Part shown: piece after piece, positions 9,414 through 19,109 of the stretch
How the letters are laid out: every line of letters starts with the position of its first letter
How positions within the stretch are numbered: the first letter of the stretch is position 1
Assembly (NCBI GenBank): GCA_964568885.1
Contig: CAZMSF010000002.1
Location: 4,367 to 68,366, forward strand
Length of the DNA stretch: 64,000 bases
Source of the DNA: an uncultured Gammaproteobacteria bacterium
GTDB lineage: Bacteria; Patescibacteriota; Microgenomatia; Levybacterales; GWA1-39-11
Direction of reading: 5' to 3'
Made by a program: the position numbers and the translations under genes
Notes under the pieces: generated by a model
Told to the model about the DNA's origin: nothing
Database searches by the model: none
Seen by the model: only the letters and a program-made list of their open reading frames with translations

Positions 9414-10343
9414 CTATTGCCCTGCATCATTGCAGATTTTTTGAGAGATATCTTTATATATTTGCTTGAGCTGAGTGGGGTCGGGAATTTCATAATATGT
9501 TGAAAGAGTAGGCTCTGTTGCGATTTTCCCCATCATAGTTCTCATGTCTGGTAAAAAGTATTCGTCTTGAGGGTCCCCAGGGACATAGAGTGCAATCGTA
9601 TATATTTTTATCCCCTTGTCTTTTATTTCTTTTGAAACGTCAGGGCTTTGGGTTGGGTCCTGGGAATTGGCAAAACATCTCAAGTTGGTAGGTGTTTGGT
9701 ATTGTCTGCCGCTTGCACAATCACGCGGGTTTGTTTCGGGAATGCCATCAGACAGGAAAATGAGCGCAAATTTCTGATTGGGAAATGTGGTTTGCGCTGC
9801 AAGGATTTTATCCCTCTCAAACAGGAACGCGGAACGCGTATTGGTTGCACCGGCCGCACGAAGGTTTTGAATCGCTTCCGGCATAGAACTTTTGGCATCT
9901 TTATATCGTGAGAATGGGACGTCTTCCTGAACAACAACAGCACCGTCGTCATTACTGCTGAAAGATGAGAGACCAATGACCGATTGGTCTGAAAGACTTT
10001 GGGTAAAGGTGGTAAGGGCGGATTTTAAGTTGTCAATTTTTGCACCCCTCATGGAACCCGAGCGGTCAACCAAAAGTCCAACTGCAACTTTGCTTGCACA
10101 TTCACGGAATTTGATGGTCTTGAGTTGCAAGTTGTTGCGGTTGATGCCGGGGGTTTCTTTTACTATTTCCAAGTCTCCAGTTTCTCCCGGGTCGGAAAGA
10201 GTCGAGCGCGGAGTAACACCGCGAGAAAGTAAGACCCCCATGCCAACTGCAAGGCCAATAAAAGCAAGGGTAAAAATTGTCCCCGGTCCCGTGAGATTAA
10301 TGCCAAATCCGCCTCCGCCTCGTCTTCTGTTATTGTTAGCCAT
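9414..10343 (-). CDS. Membrane-anchored von Willebrand factor A domain protein
   Basis: MIDAS DRSGSM, GATNT, IFLSDGIP, IYTIAL. Confidence 0.93.
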   Translation of the reverse strand: MANNNRRRGGGGFGINLTGPGTIFTLAFIGLAVGMGVLLSRGVTPRSTLSDPGETGDLEIVKETPGINRNNLQLKTIKFRECASKVAVGLLVDRSGSMRGAKIDNLKSALTTFTQSLSDQSVIGLSSFSSNDDGAVVVQEDVPFSRYKDAKSSMPEAIQNLRAAGATNTRSAFLFERDKILAAQTTFPNQKFALIFLSDGIPETNPRDCASGRQYQTPTNLRCFANSQDPTQSPDVSKEIKDKGIKIYTIALYVPGDPQDEYFLPDMRTMMGKIATEPTLSTYYEIPDPTQLKQIYKDISQKICNDAGQ

Positions 10344-10345
10344 AA

Positions 10346-11212
10346 TTATAATTGTATAGTAGTGCAGCCTTCACTGATATCTCCAACTTGATCTCCGTCG
10401 TGAAGGATGAACTGTGCGCGGTATGCATGTCCTGTCTCAAGGCCCAAACTGTCTACCTTCCAAATGATTTCCGCGCCAAAAAATGGTTCTTGGCGCCTTG
10501 CCGAATTTGCAAATTTCACATTGGAATTAGGGGGGTAAGGGTCTGCGCCGGGTCCCAAATCCAAATCATTTGGGTTTGGCATTACGGCTGCTGCGCCCAA
10601 AGGTTTCCATGCCCCATACACCTCGTCGGGTTTGTGCGGGGTGCCGCCGTTTTGAGCATCTCCCGATTTATTATTTGGGTCCGAGGTAATATCGCTTAAG
10701 AAAAGGGCAGGGTACCAAGGGAAATTATTCGCATCTTTTTGAGTTTCATCGCCAACATTGGGATTTACCACGTGGTCTTTTGAGCTCGTTGAAGGAGAGA
10801 CGTTCCCAGCGCCAAGAGTTATTGGCCACTCATCTTGGTAAAAAACTTTAATAGCTCCGCCTTTTACAACCGGTGTTCCGGGGTCGGGGTTGATTGCCCA
10901 AAGGATATATGGCTCGGGACTTCCCTTTATTGCATCATCTCCGCAATCAAACGTCGGGGGAATAACTACTTTCATTTTGAGGGTTCGAAGCTGCAAATTA
11001 GATTTTTGAGGCTCAGTTTGGTTGGTGTCTATCTGGTATGTGTTTTTGTCGTTGAGTCCTGAGAGTGTCGAGCGGGGAGTTACACCCCGGGACATGAGTA
11101 TTCCCATGCCAAGAGCAATTCCGATGAAAGCAATGGTAAAAACAGTCCCGGGACCTGTAAGGTTGATGCCAAAGCCCATTCCTCCCGCGCTTCGTTTTTT
11201 TTCCTTTGCCAT
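10346..11212 (-). CDS. Membrane-anchored surface protein sharing its N-terminal module with the vWA protein
   Basis: Likely start MAKEKK at 11212; GFGINLTGPGT.FT.AFIG.A.GMG.L.SRGVTPRSTLS shared with 9414-10343; unrelated C-terminal domain. Confidence 0.85.
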   Translation of the reverse strand: MAKEKKRSAGGMGFGINLTGPGTVFTIAFIGIALGMGILMSRGVTPRSTLSGLNDKNTYQIDTNQTEPQKSNLQLRTLKMKVVIPPTFDCGDDAIKGSPEPYILWAINPDPGTPVVKGGAIKVFYQDEWPITLGAGNVSPSTSSKDHVVNPNVGDETQKDANNFPWYPALFLSDITSDPNNKSGDAQNGGTPHKPDEVYGAWKPLGAAAVMPNPNDLDLGPGADPYPPNSNVKFANSARRQEPFFGAEIIWKVDSLGLETGHAYRAQFILHDGDQVGDISEGCTTIQL

Positions 11213-11255
11213 ACCTATAAGTTTAGAATTACATTTCAACCATTGTCAACGTATC

Positions 11256-11340
11256 TTGTTTTTGAATTCAACTTTTGGTATACTACCTTTCATTACATCA
11301 TGTTCTTGATTACATCCTGGCTGAAAACGCCGCAAGAACA
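11256..11340 (+). promoter_or_regulatory. rpsB promoter and structured 5' leader
   Basis: TTGTTT-17-TATACT with extended TG. Leader stem TGTTCTTG (11301-11308)/CAAGAACA (11333-11340) encloses GGC-TGAAAAC-GCC. Confidence 0.55.
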
Positions 11341-11360
11341 GAGGAAAAAAGGATTATAAT

Positions 11361-12137
11361 ATGCGACAAATTACACTGGAAGAATTATTGGAAGCAGGAT
11401 GCCATTTCGGGCATCAGGTCAACAGGCGTAATCCTAAAGCTAACCGCTACATTTTCGAGGCGCGGCAAGGGGTTAACATCATCAATCTTGAGGCAACTCA
11501 GGAGGGACTCATTGCTGCTGCAGAGTATGTAAAAGAGCTTGCTTCACGAGGAGGAAGTCTTGTTGTGGTTGGGACAAAAAGACAGGCACAGCAGGTTGTT
11601 AAAGAGGAAGTAGAGAGAGCACGGGAAATTACCCCAACAACCATTCATTACATAACGTCCCGTTGGATTGGCGGAATCTTCACAAACTTTGAAGAGGTCA
11701 AGAAGAATTTCAAAAAGCTTGTCGACCTTGAAAAGATTGTAGGTTCTGAAGACCGCGGAGGATACACAAAAAGAGAGGTTGGACTTTTTGAAAAAGAACT
11801 CATCAAGTTGAAAGATATTTACGGTGGACTATTTACTATAAAAGAAGCACCCGACGCAGTTTTTATCATTGATACTCATGCCGAGAATACTGCGGTCAGA
11901 GAAGCGGCTCGAGTCGGACTCACAACAATTGGGATTACCGACACCAATGCAGATCCTGCAGAAGTGACTTACTCAATCCCGGCAAATGACGACGCTGTTG
12001 GTTCCATAAAACTTATCACTACCTATCTTATAGACGCATGGATTGAGGGTTCAAAAGAAAAAGTAAAGTCAGACAACAAAGCAGCAGAAGCGGCAGCAAA
12101 AGAAGCGGCAAAAAAAGCAAAGCCGGCAGATAAATAG
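11361..12137 (+). CDS. rpsB: 30S ribosomal protein S2
   Basis: LLEAGCHFGHQ, RWIGGIFTNF, DTNADP, PANDDA. Confidence 0.99.
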   Translation: MRQITLEELLEAGCHFGHQVNRRNPKANRYIFEARQGVNIINLEATQEGLIAAAEYVKELASRGGSLVVVGTKRQAQQVVKEEVERAREITPTTIHYITSRWIGGIFTNFEEVKKNFKKLVDLEKIVGSEDRGGYTKREVGLFEKELIKLKDIYGGLFTIKEAPDAVFIIDTHAENTAVREAARVGLTTIGITDTNADPAEVTYSIPANDDAVGSIKLITTYLIDAWIEGSKEKVKSDNKAAEAAAKEAAKKAKPADK

Positions 12138-12174
12138 AGCGTTTAGTTAGATAGCGTTTAGGGTTTAGTTAATT

Positions 12175-12627
12175 ATGAAAATAACAGCAGATCAAATCAA
12201 GCAACTTCGAGAAAAAACCCAGGCAGGATTTTCAGACTGCAAAATGGCGCTTGAAGAGGCAAAGGGAGATATGAAAAAGGCTGAGGATATCCTTAAGAAA
12301 AAAGGATTTGAGAAAGCTGCAAAAAAGTCTGATAGAGAAACAGGTCAAGGGTTAGTTGAATCATATGTTCACCAAACAGGAAAAGTAGGAGTTCTTGTTT
12401 CACTTCTTTGCGAAACCGACTTTGTTGCACGTACCGATGAATTTAAAACCCTCGCTCACGAGATAGCGATGCAGGTTGCTGCGATGAATCCGAAAGATAT
12501 GGATATGCTTTTGAAGCAGGAATACATCAGGGATGGTTCGAAAACAATCGACGACCTCATTAAAGAGACTATCGCAAAGCTTGGAGAGAACATCAAGCTC
12601 TCAGATTTCAAACGCTCCGAAATCTAA
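12175..12627 (+). CDS. tsf: Elongation factor Ts (short form)
   Basis: LREKTQAGFSDCKMAL, CETDFVART, LGENI; directly follows rpsB. Confidence 0.99.
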   Translation: MKITADQIKQLREKTQAGFSDCKMALEEAKGDMKKAEDILKKKGFEKAAKKSDRETGQGLVESYVHQTGKVGVLVSLLCETDFVARTDEFKTLAHEIAMQVAAMNPKDMDMLLKQEYIRDGSKTIDDLIKETIAKLGENIKLSDFKRSEI

Positions 12628-12705
12628 GTTTTTCTTCCTCTTGCTTGCGTTATTTACCATGTTCTTTTCATAGTTTTTTAAGTTTAGTTATAGTAAAATG
12701 ATTGA

Positions 12706-13806
12706 ATGCTCGTAACAGTTATCGCCTTCATACTTATTCTTTCCGTTCTTGTTCTTATTCATGAATTGGGGCATTTTTTGGTGGCAAAGAAATTGGGGAT
12801 TAAAGTTGAGGAATTTGGAATCGGCTTTCCTCCAAGAGCATGGGGTAAAAAAATAGGGGAGACTACCTATTCAATAAATTGGCTGCCTGTTGGCGGATTT
12901 GTAAAACTTTTTGGTGAAGATGATGCCGGAGGAGGAAAGGTCGGTAAGAGTGTTGTGATGTCCTCAGGTGATGTCGAGCGTGCATATTACGCGCGGCCAC
13001 TTTGGCAGAGAATGAGTGTGGTGACGGCCGGTGTTGTCATGAATTTCGTTCTTGCAGTTGTTGTCATTTCTTTCCTCTTTGCAACTCAAGGAGTACCTCT
13101 TCCAACAGAACACGTGAAAGTGACCGAAGTATCGCATCAATCGCCTGCGGAAATTGCGGGGCTAAGACCCGGCGACCAAGTCATTTCAATGAACGGGGTT
13201 GTACTCAAGGACTCCAATAAATTTATCAGCGAGACACAAAAACATAAGGGCAAAGAAGTAACACTTATCGTTGTTAGAGACGGTCAGGAATTTGCTACCA
13301 AAATAACTCCCCGTGCAAATCCTCCGAAGGGGCAAGGGGCGATGGGTGTTGCCATTACAAATATTGAAGTCAAAAAATACTCTTGGTTTGAGGCGCCATT
13401 TTACGGGACCATGGAAGCTGCGAAATTTTCACTTGTGATTTTGCAAGGACTGGTAAGTATGATAGGGGATTTTGTCTTACATGGGGTAAAACCGCAAGGT
13501 GTTGCGGGACCAATTGGTGTTGCACAGTTGACCGGGGAAGCGGTCAGGGCAGGCTGGTTTGCAGTGCTGTGGTTCCTCTCCCTTTTATCCCTTAACTTGG
13601 CAGTGCTTAATATTCTGCCGATTCCTGCACTTGACGGAGGAAGGTTCTTTTTTATGATAATTGAAATGGTAACCGGTAAAAAAGTGAGCCCGAAGTACGA
13701 AGCAATCGCGCATGGTGCCGGACTGGTTGCGCTTCTTGCTCTTATGGCTCTTATTACCGTTTTTGATGTTGCCAGGCTCATTCAGGGGAAGAGCATCTTG
13801 CCTTAA
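12706..13806 (+). CDS. rseP: RIP (site-2) metalloprotease RseP with PDZ domain
   Basis: HELGH, GGFVKL, AGVVMNF, PDZ, NILPIPALDGG. Confidence 0.97.
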   Translation: MLVTVIAFILILSVLVLIHELGHFLVAKKLGIKVEEFGIGFPPRAWGKKIGETTYSINWLPVGGFVKLFGEDDAGGGKVGKSVVMSSGDVERAYYARPLWQRMSVVTAGVVMNFVLAVVVISFLFATQGVPLPTEHVKVTEVSHQSPAEIAGLRPGDQVISMNGVVLKDSNKFISETQKHKGKEVTLIVVRDGQEFATKITPRANPPKGQGAMGVAITNIEVKKYSWFEAPFYGTMEAAKFSLVILQGLVSMIGDFVLHGVKPQGVAGPIGVAQLTGEAVRAGWFAVLWFLSLLSLNLAVLNILPIPALDGGRFFFMIIEMVTGKKVSPKYEAIAHGAGLVALLALMALITVFDVARLIQGKSILP

Positions 13807-13860
13807 CAAGATTTTTTTGATTGAAAAATTCCTCTTGGTCTGCTAATCTAAAGTACATTT

Positions 13861-14424
13861 ATGGACAGCCAAATAACGAACTCCACAAAAACACGAATGG
13901 AGAAAGCCTTTTCGGTTTTGAGGGAAGATTTTGGGACGGTTAAGACCGGCAAAGCAAACCCGCAGCTTGTTGAGAACGTCGTAATAAATGCATACGGAGG
14001 AACGACAAGGCTAAAGGTGATGGAGCTTGCGACTATTCACGTTGTTGACCACGAAACATTGACAATTACACCCTTTGACCGAACAGTTCTTGGGGATTTG
14101 GAGCGTGGCATTTCGGATAGTCAAATGGGGCTTGGCCTTGCGACAGACGGCAATCTCATCAGAGTGACTATCCCTCCATTGTCTCAAGAGCGGCGAGAGG
14201 AATTTGTAAAGCTTATTCATAAAAAGGCAGAAAATGGGAAAATTATGATACGGCAGGCAAGGCAAGAGTCAAACGATGAGATAGCAAAATTGAAAAAAGA
14301 CGGAGAAATAACCGAGGACGACGAAAAAAGATTGGAAAAGGAAGTTCAGAAATTGACTGACGAATATGTGGAAAAAATCGACGAAGCACGAGATATGAAA
14401 GAGAAAGAACTAATGACGGTCTAA
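13861..14424 (+). CDS. frr: Ribosome recycling factor
   Basis: VKTGKANP, IPPLSQERREE, EVQKLTD, KEKELM. Confidence 0.98.
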   Translation: MDSQITNSTKTRMEKAFSVLREDFGTVKTGKANPQLVENVVINAYGGTTRLKVMELATIHVVDHETLTITPFDRTVLGDLERGISDSQMGLGLATDGNLIRVTIPPLSQERREEFVKLIHKKAENGKIMIRQARQESNDEIAKLKKDGEITEDDEKRLEKEVQKLTDEYVEKIDEARDMKEKELMTV

Positions 14425-14438
14425 AGACCCCTTCTTCC

Positions 14439-15044
14439 ATGCGGATTCCAAAAGCTTTAGAGAGAGTTATTGAAAATTTTGAACGGCTCCCGGGCATCGG
14501 TCCAAAAAGTGCCCAAAGGCTGGGGTTTTATCTTTTGCATGTTCCCCAAAGTGATTTAGACGCATTTGCGCAAAACCTAACCCTTCTTAAAACGAACACG
14601 AAGATGTGTTCTGTTTGCTTTAATATTGGAACTACCGAAATTTGTGACGTCTGTTCGGACAGTGAACGTGACAAAACAATTATTTGTATTGTTGAGGATG
14701 CGTTGGACGTTTTGGCATTTGAAAAGTCGGACAAATTCAATGGGGTATACCACGTATTGCATGGTGTTATTGACCCTCTTAATTCAATAGGTCCGGATGA
14801 CATTTATATTCCACAGCTAATGAAGCGTCTGGCTACGGACAGTGACGTTGCCGAGCTTATTGTCGCCACAAATCCTACAATGGAAGGCGAGGCAACTGCA
14901 ATGTACATCGTAAAACAAATAAAACAGCACCATCCCGAACTTACTATTTCGCGAATTGGCCGCGGACTGCCGGTTGGGGCAGATATAGAATATGCGGACG
15001 AAGTGACTTTATCCCGCGCTTTGGAAGGACGTTCTCAATACTAG
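14439..15044 (+). CDS. recR: Recombination mediator RecR
   Basis: LPGIGPKSAQR, C4 zinc finger, YHVLHG, ATNPTMEGEATA. Confidence 0.99.
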   Translation: MRIPKALERVIENFERLPGIGPKSAQRLGFYLLHVPQSDLDAFAQNLTLLKTNTKMCSVCFNIGTTEICDVCSDSERDKTIICIVEDALDVLAFEKSDKFNGVYHVLHGVIDPLNSIGPDDIYIPQLMKRLATDSDVAELIVATNPTMEGEATAMYIVKQIKQHHPELTISRIGRGLPVGADIEYADEVTLSRALEGRSQY

Positions 15045-15057
15045 AAATTCTTAATGC

Positions 15058-16788
15058 TTAGGAGGTTGCCAGAGGGGGAGGTGTTCCACTCCCTGTTGGC
15101 GTTTCGGTTGTCCCGGTTGATGTACCTGCGCCTGCTAAGGCCGGCTCAGTAGGAGAAGCAGCTTCTGATGTTGTTGCCGTACCAAGACTTGAAGCACCTG
15201 CTGCATCCGCGACTGCAGCTGCGGATTCAAGCACATTTCCACCCATTGAAACTCCACTTTCCATAGCGGGTGCAGAGACTCCAGATGTGGGGAGTGCGCC
15301 ACCGTCCGTTTCGGCCGATGCTGCTACCTGACTTGCTTGTCCCAAGATATCCATAGGGGGAGGCTCCGGAGCTACGGTTGTAGAGGCAGAACCCAAAGCG
15401 GGTTCAGCTGGCGCCTCCGGAACAGTGGGCGAAGGAACGTCGGCTTCAGATGGGGCGGTTACGGGTGCTGCTGCTTCTCCCATGGAGGGGGGCATCCCTG
15501 TTCCAAATGGCGGCGGCGGTTCGGTAGGAGCTCCTGCAAGAGGTGTTGGAGTCGACTCGAGTTTTAGAGCGTTTGGATCTGATGGAATCGCTGCGGGTGC
15601 CTCAGGGGCAGGGGACACACCACCAACGACGGGCGCGTCGGGATGCGCCGCTGAAGCGTCAATTGACCAACTTGCAGGGGTGGTGGGTGCGGCAGCTTCA
15701 CCGGCAGGTGCCATGTCGGTTGTCGGTTTGTACTCCGGCACGGCTGGTGCGGCGGGTGGTTCTACTACTGCTGAAGGGCCTGATGTGGTTGGCTCTGAGG
15801 CAGGAGCGGATGGCCATGCCGACGCTGTTTCTGTTGAGGAAGCCGTCGTATCTGATGTGCTGTCCGGAGTCAAACCGGGAGTTGCGTCGGTTGCGCTTGA
15901 TGATGCGCTAGCTTCTGTTTGAACACCATAGCTTGGAAAGGCTTCTGAAGGTGATGGTGTGGTTCCCGCAGATGATGTGTCGTCTGCCTTAGCATCAGGT
16001 GATGTTGCAGTACCCATCGCAGCGGTTGCCGTTTTATCAATCTCATCCAAAGCCGCATTTGTCCCGGCTGCATTTTTGACTATAGAATCGGCCTCTGTTA
16101 CTGCGCTTGCAGCCGTCGGGTCTGTTGTTTCCGGGGTTTCTGCGACCGTGTCAGCTGCCGGTGTTGTCGCTTCCGGAGTTGATGTTGGGGACTCGGCTGC
16201 AAGTGCTGCTGGTGTCTCAGTACCCATCGGGGAAAGTCCATCTTGGGCCGCAGCTTCCGGAATTGAAGGCATCACCGGTTCTTGATTGACAGCGGCTGCT
16301 GCTTCAGGGGTAACATTTGGTACTGGAGGAGTAACCCCGTCTTTGAGGTGATCGGGCATGGCATTTGCGGGTTGTCCGACTGTTTCGGTTTTTATACCAC
16401 CTCTCAGACCAATAAATCCAAGAAGTCTATTCCCCAGTCCCGGCTTTGGTGGAGCGGCTTGTGCAGCTGCTTTTTCGGCAACCATTGTATTATGGGTTGC
16501 TTGAAGAGATGCCACATCAGGGGTTCCAAGTGGTGCCATAGGATTAAGCGTTGCCGAGGCTTCTGAAGTCGCTACCGATGAAGCGCCGAGCTCCGGCATA
16601 GCAGGAGTGACAGGTGTTGCTGCCGTTGCTGCTTCGACTGGTGTCGGCATTGCGTTTACTTCTGGAGCTGACGCGCCGGGCGTAGGAAGTAAGCCGTTAC
16701 CGGCTTCGGTTGCAACAGGTGCTGCTGCTTGTGGTGCTTCTAAAGTTGCGACACCACCGGATTGATTTTCGCCGTTGTTTGGTCCCAT
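15058..16788 (-). CDS. Acidic Ala/Pro/Thr-rich low-complexity protein, probably disordered
   Basis: 576 aa ORF; no signal peptide; one amphipathic segment GLGNRLLGFIGL. Confidence 0.75.
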   Translation of the reverse strand: MGPNNGENQSGGVATLEAPQAAAPVATEAGNGLLPTPGASAPEVNAMPTPVEAATAATPVTPAMPELGASSVATSEASATLNPMAPLGTPDVASLQATHNTMVAEKAAAQAAPPKPGLGNRLLGFIGLRGGIKTETVGQPANAMPDHLKDGVTPPVPNVTPEAAAAVNQEPVMPSIPEAAAQDGLSPMGTETPAALAAESPTSTPEATTPAADTVAETPETTDPTAASAVTEADSIVKNAAGTNAALDEIDKTATAAMGTATSPDAKADDTSSAGTTPSPSEAFPSYGVQTEASASSSATDATPGLTPDSTSDTTASSTETASAWPSAPASEPTTSGPSAVVEPPAAPAVPEYKPTTDMAPAGEAAAPTTPASWSIDASAAHPDAPVVGGVSPAPEAPAAIPSDPNALKLESTPTPLAGAPTEPPPPFGTGMPPSMGEAAAPVTAPSEADVPSPTVPEAPAEPALGSASTTVAPEPPPMDILGQASQVAASAETDGGALPTSGVSAPAMESGVSMGGNVLESAAAVADAAGASSLGTATTSEAASPTEPALAGAGTSTGTTETPTGSGTPPPLATS

Positions 16789-16834
16789 TACAATAAGTTA
16801 CAAGAAGAGGGAATAGTTTGTCAAGAGTTGTCGA

Positions 16835-17590
16835 CTACTTTTGTCCTTTTTGCCAGGGGGCACGCTTTAAAATCGGAGCATACACATCGTCATCAAGATT
16901 TATTCTTAAAGTTCGGATTTCTTCCTCTGTCAGGTCGCGGTTCGTAAACTCGATATTTGAAAGCTCGGAAATCACAGCAAGGGGGGTTTGTTCTTGTCCC
17001 TCTCCCATACATGCAACCGCTCCTGCAGCAAGTCCGTCTGCGACATTTGCTTTTGTGACACGCATTACCCGCTCAAAGAGATCGGGTTTTCCCATATAAT
17101 CATTGAGAGCGTTAAACCCGGAGTGAGCTATCGAAACTCCCGTTGTTCCCCAGCGAAGAGGAGTGGTTTTGCTGTCGGTTATAATGACTCCCACATTTTG
17201 CACACCGAATTTTTCTTCAAGATGCTTCCTGATTTTATTTGCCGTATCATACGGATTTTCGGGCCACAAAATATAATAACCATTCCCATTTGATTCGTCG
17301 ATGCCCGCAGTTGGGATGAGTAAGTTCTGAGTAATGGTGAGATAAAATCCGTATTGGTTCTCATTCTTATCCAAAAACATTTCAGATTCTTCTTTGACTA
17401 GTTTTTCTTTATCCGTGGCCTCGGTTGTGTGATTTATTTTTTGTATTCTGCCTTCCGTTATTGAAACGATTTTTGAAGTGACTACAAGAATGGAGTTTTC
17501 CTCCATCTTATTTATATAGGTGTCGATAATATTGAAAAGGTTGGTGTCTTTTTCGGTTATCTTGTGAGTTTTTACCGGGGTAATTATCAT
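16835..17590 (-). CDS. CofE-like gamma-glutamyl ligase (putative folate-metabolism ligase)
   Basis: TSKIVSITEG, AGIDESN, VIITDS, DYMGKPDLF, MGEGQEQTP. Confidence 0.9.
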   Translation of the reverse strand: MIITPVKTHKITEKDTNLFNIIDTYINKMEENSILVVTSKIVSITEGRIQKINHTTEATDKEKLVKEESEMFLDKNENQYGFYLTITQNLLIPTAGIDESNGNGYYILWPENPYDTANKIRKHLEEKFGVQNVGVIITDSKTTPLRWGTTGVSIAHSGFNALNDYMGKPDLFERVMRVTKANVADGLAAGAVACMGEGQEQTPLAVISELSNIEFTNRDLTEEEIRTLRINLDDDVYAPILKRAPWQKGQK

Positions 17591-17619
17591 AGAGGCAATT
17601 GTACACTAATTTAGCCTCA

Positions 17620-17647
17620 TTGACAAAAACAAAACAGAAATTATAAT
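17620..17647 (+). promoter_or_regulatory. Consensus sigma70 promoter for purB, implying a leaderless mRNA
   Basis: TTGACA-16-TATAAT, 6 nt before the ATG at 17654. Confidence 0.7.
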
Positions 17648-17653
17648 CGGATT

Positions 17654-19096
17654 ATGGCAGCAGAAAACGCAACTACCCCGGAACAGCTTGTAGCAGCCGC
17701 ACCATATCCTGAAGAACAATTGATGGCTTTAACTACCCTTGATGGCCGATATAAAAAAGATGTTGAAGACTTAAGGCCTTACGGCAGCGAATTCGGTTTG
17801 ATTGGGGCACGAGCAGAGGTAGAGGGAAGACATCTCGTTTTGCTATCCGATTTTGGAGTCATTAGAACTTTGGCTCCAGGAGAGAGACAATTCCTGTTAG
17901 AATTTGGAACCAACCTGACAGTTCCACAAGCACAACGCGTGAAAGCTTTGGAGGCTGTTAGCGATCATGATGTTCAGGCTGTTGAAAAGATGATGAGAGA
18001 GCAGCTTGGCGGTACGAGCATGGCCGATTTGACTCCATACACTCATCTATTCATGACTTCTGAAAATGATAATAACCTGGCATATCGTGTCATGTTGAAA
18101 AGAGGGACAGAAAGAATTTTAGTCCCGACTGCAGACGCCGGAATAGATGCACTGATGGATATTGCTGCCCACGAAAAAGAAACAAGGATGCCGGCAAGAA
18201 CACATGGGCAAAAGGGTGTCACAACAACTGTAGGGAAAGAAATTGCTTTATTTGCGGTAAGGCTCAATGCACAACTGAGAAAACTTCGAAATATGCAACT
18301 AACAGGCTCTTTTAATGGGGCGGTTGGAAACTTTAACGCGCACGAATACGTTCGGCCCGATATCAATTGGCAGGAATATGCAAAGCAAATGGTTGAAGGA
18401 TTTGGATTTGAGTACAATCCCTTCACAACACAAATTAATCCTTATGAGGATATGGTTGAAGCGTTTCAAACATACCATCGGTTAAATAGCGTGCTTTTGG
18501 ATTGCGATCAGGACATGTGGAGGTATATAAGCGACGATTGGTTTGCACAACAAGCAGTTTTGGGAGAGACTGGGTCTTCGACAATGGCGCAGAAAATCAA
18601 TCCGATTAAGTTTGAGAATAGCGAAGGGAATTTAGCAATGGCCAACGGAATATTTGAAGTGCTTGCAAGAAAACTGCCGGTTTCAAGATTGCAGCGAGAT
18701 TTATCCGACAGTACTGTCATACGAAACGCACCCACAGCAGTTGGATACACCCTGTTATCTTTTAGAAATACATTAAAAGGTCTTGGGAGAATTTATCCAA
18801 ACCACCCGGTTCTTGAAAGGGCAGTTGAAAGCGATTGGAGTGTCCTTACAGAAGCGGTTCAGTCCCAAATGAGAATGGACGGCGATGCCGATGCCTATGA
18901 CAAAGTAAAAAATGCATCAAGGGGAAAGAGAATAGATGGTGACAACTGGGAGAAATGGTTGGATGAGGTTCCCGATATTTTGGATGAAAGTAAGGAAAAA
19001 TTACGAACCTTAACACCGGGTGAGTATATTGGGATTGCTCCTGACCTTGTCGACCAAATTGCAGATGTAATCAAAAACACGCGGCAAGGAAAATAA
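17654..19096 (+). CDS. purB: Adenylosuccinate lyase (divergent)
   Basis: LDGRY, ARTHGQ, GAVGNFNAH, GSSTMAQKINPIKFENSEGN, SRLQRDLSDST. Confidence 0.96.
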   Translation: MAAENATTPEQLVAAAPYPEEQLMALTTLDGRYKKDVEDLRPYGSEFGLIGARAEVEGRHLVLLSDFGVIRTLAPGERQFLLEFGTNLTVPQAQRVKALEAVSDHDVQAVEKMMREQLGGTSMADLTPYTHLFMTSENDNNLAYRVMLKRGTERILVPTADAGIDALMDIAAHEKETRMPARTHGQKGVTTTVGKEIALFAVRLNAQLRKLRNMQLTGSFNGAVGNFNAHEYVRPDINWQEYAKQMVEGFGFEYNPFTTQINPYEDMVEAFQTYHRLNSVLLDCDQDMWRYISDDWFAQQAVLGETGSSTMAQKINPIKFENSEGNLAMANGIFEVLARKLPVSRLQRDLSDSTVIRNAPTAVGYTLLSFRNTLKGLGRIYPNHPVLERAVESDWSVLTEAVQSQMRMDGDADAYDKVKNASRGKRIDGDNWEKWLDEVPDILDESKEKLRTLTPGEYIGIAPDLVDQIADVIKNTRQGK

Positions 19097-19109
19097 ATCT
19101 TCAGCTTCT

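Noticed and set aside
12136-12172. Short G(C/G)GTTTAG repeats between rpsB and tsf
   Set aside because: Too short and degenerate to assign a function.
15337-16566. Multiple plus-strand ORFs within the A/P/T-rich gene
   Set aside because: Antisense shadows of low-complexity, GC-rich codons.
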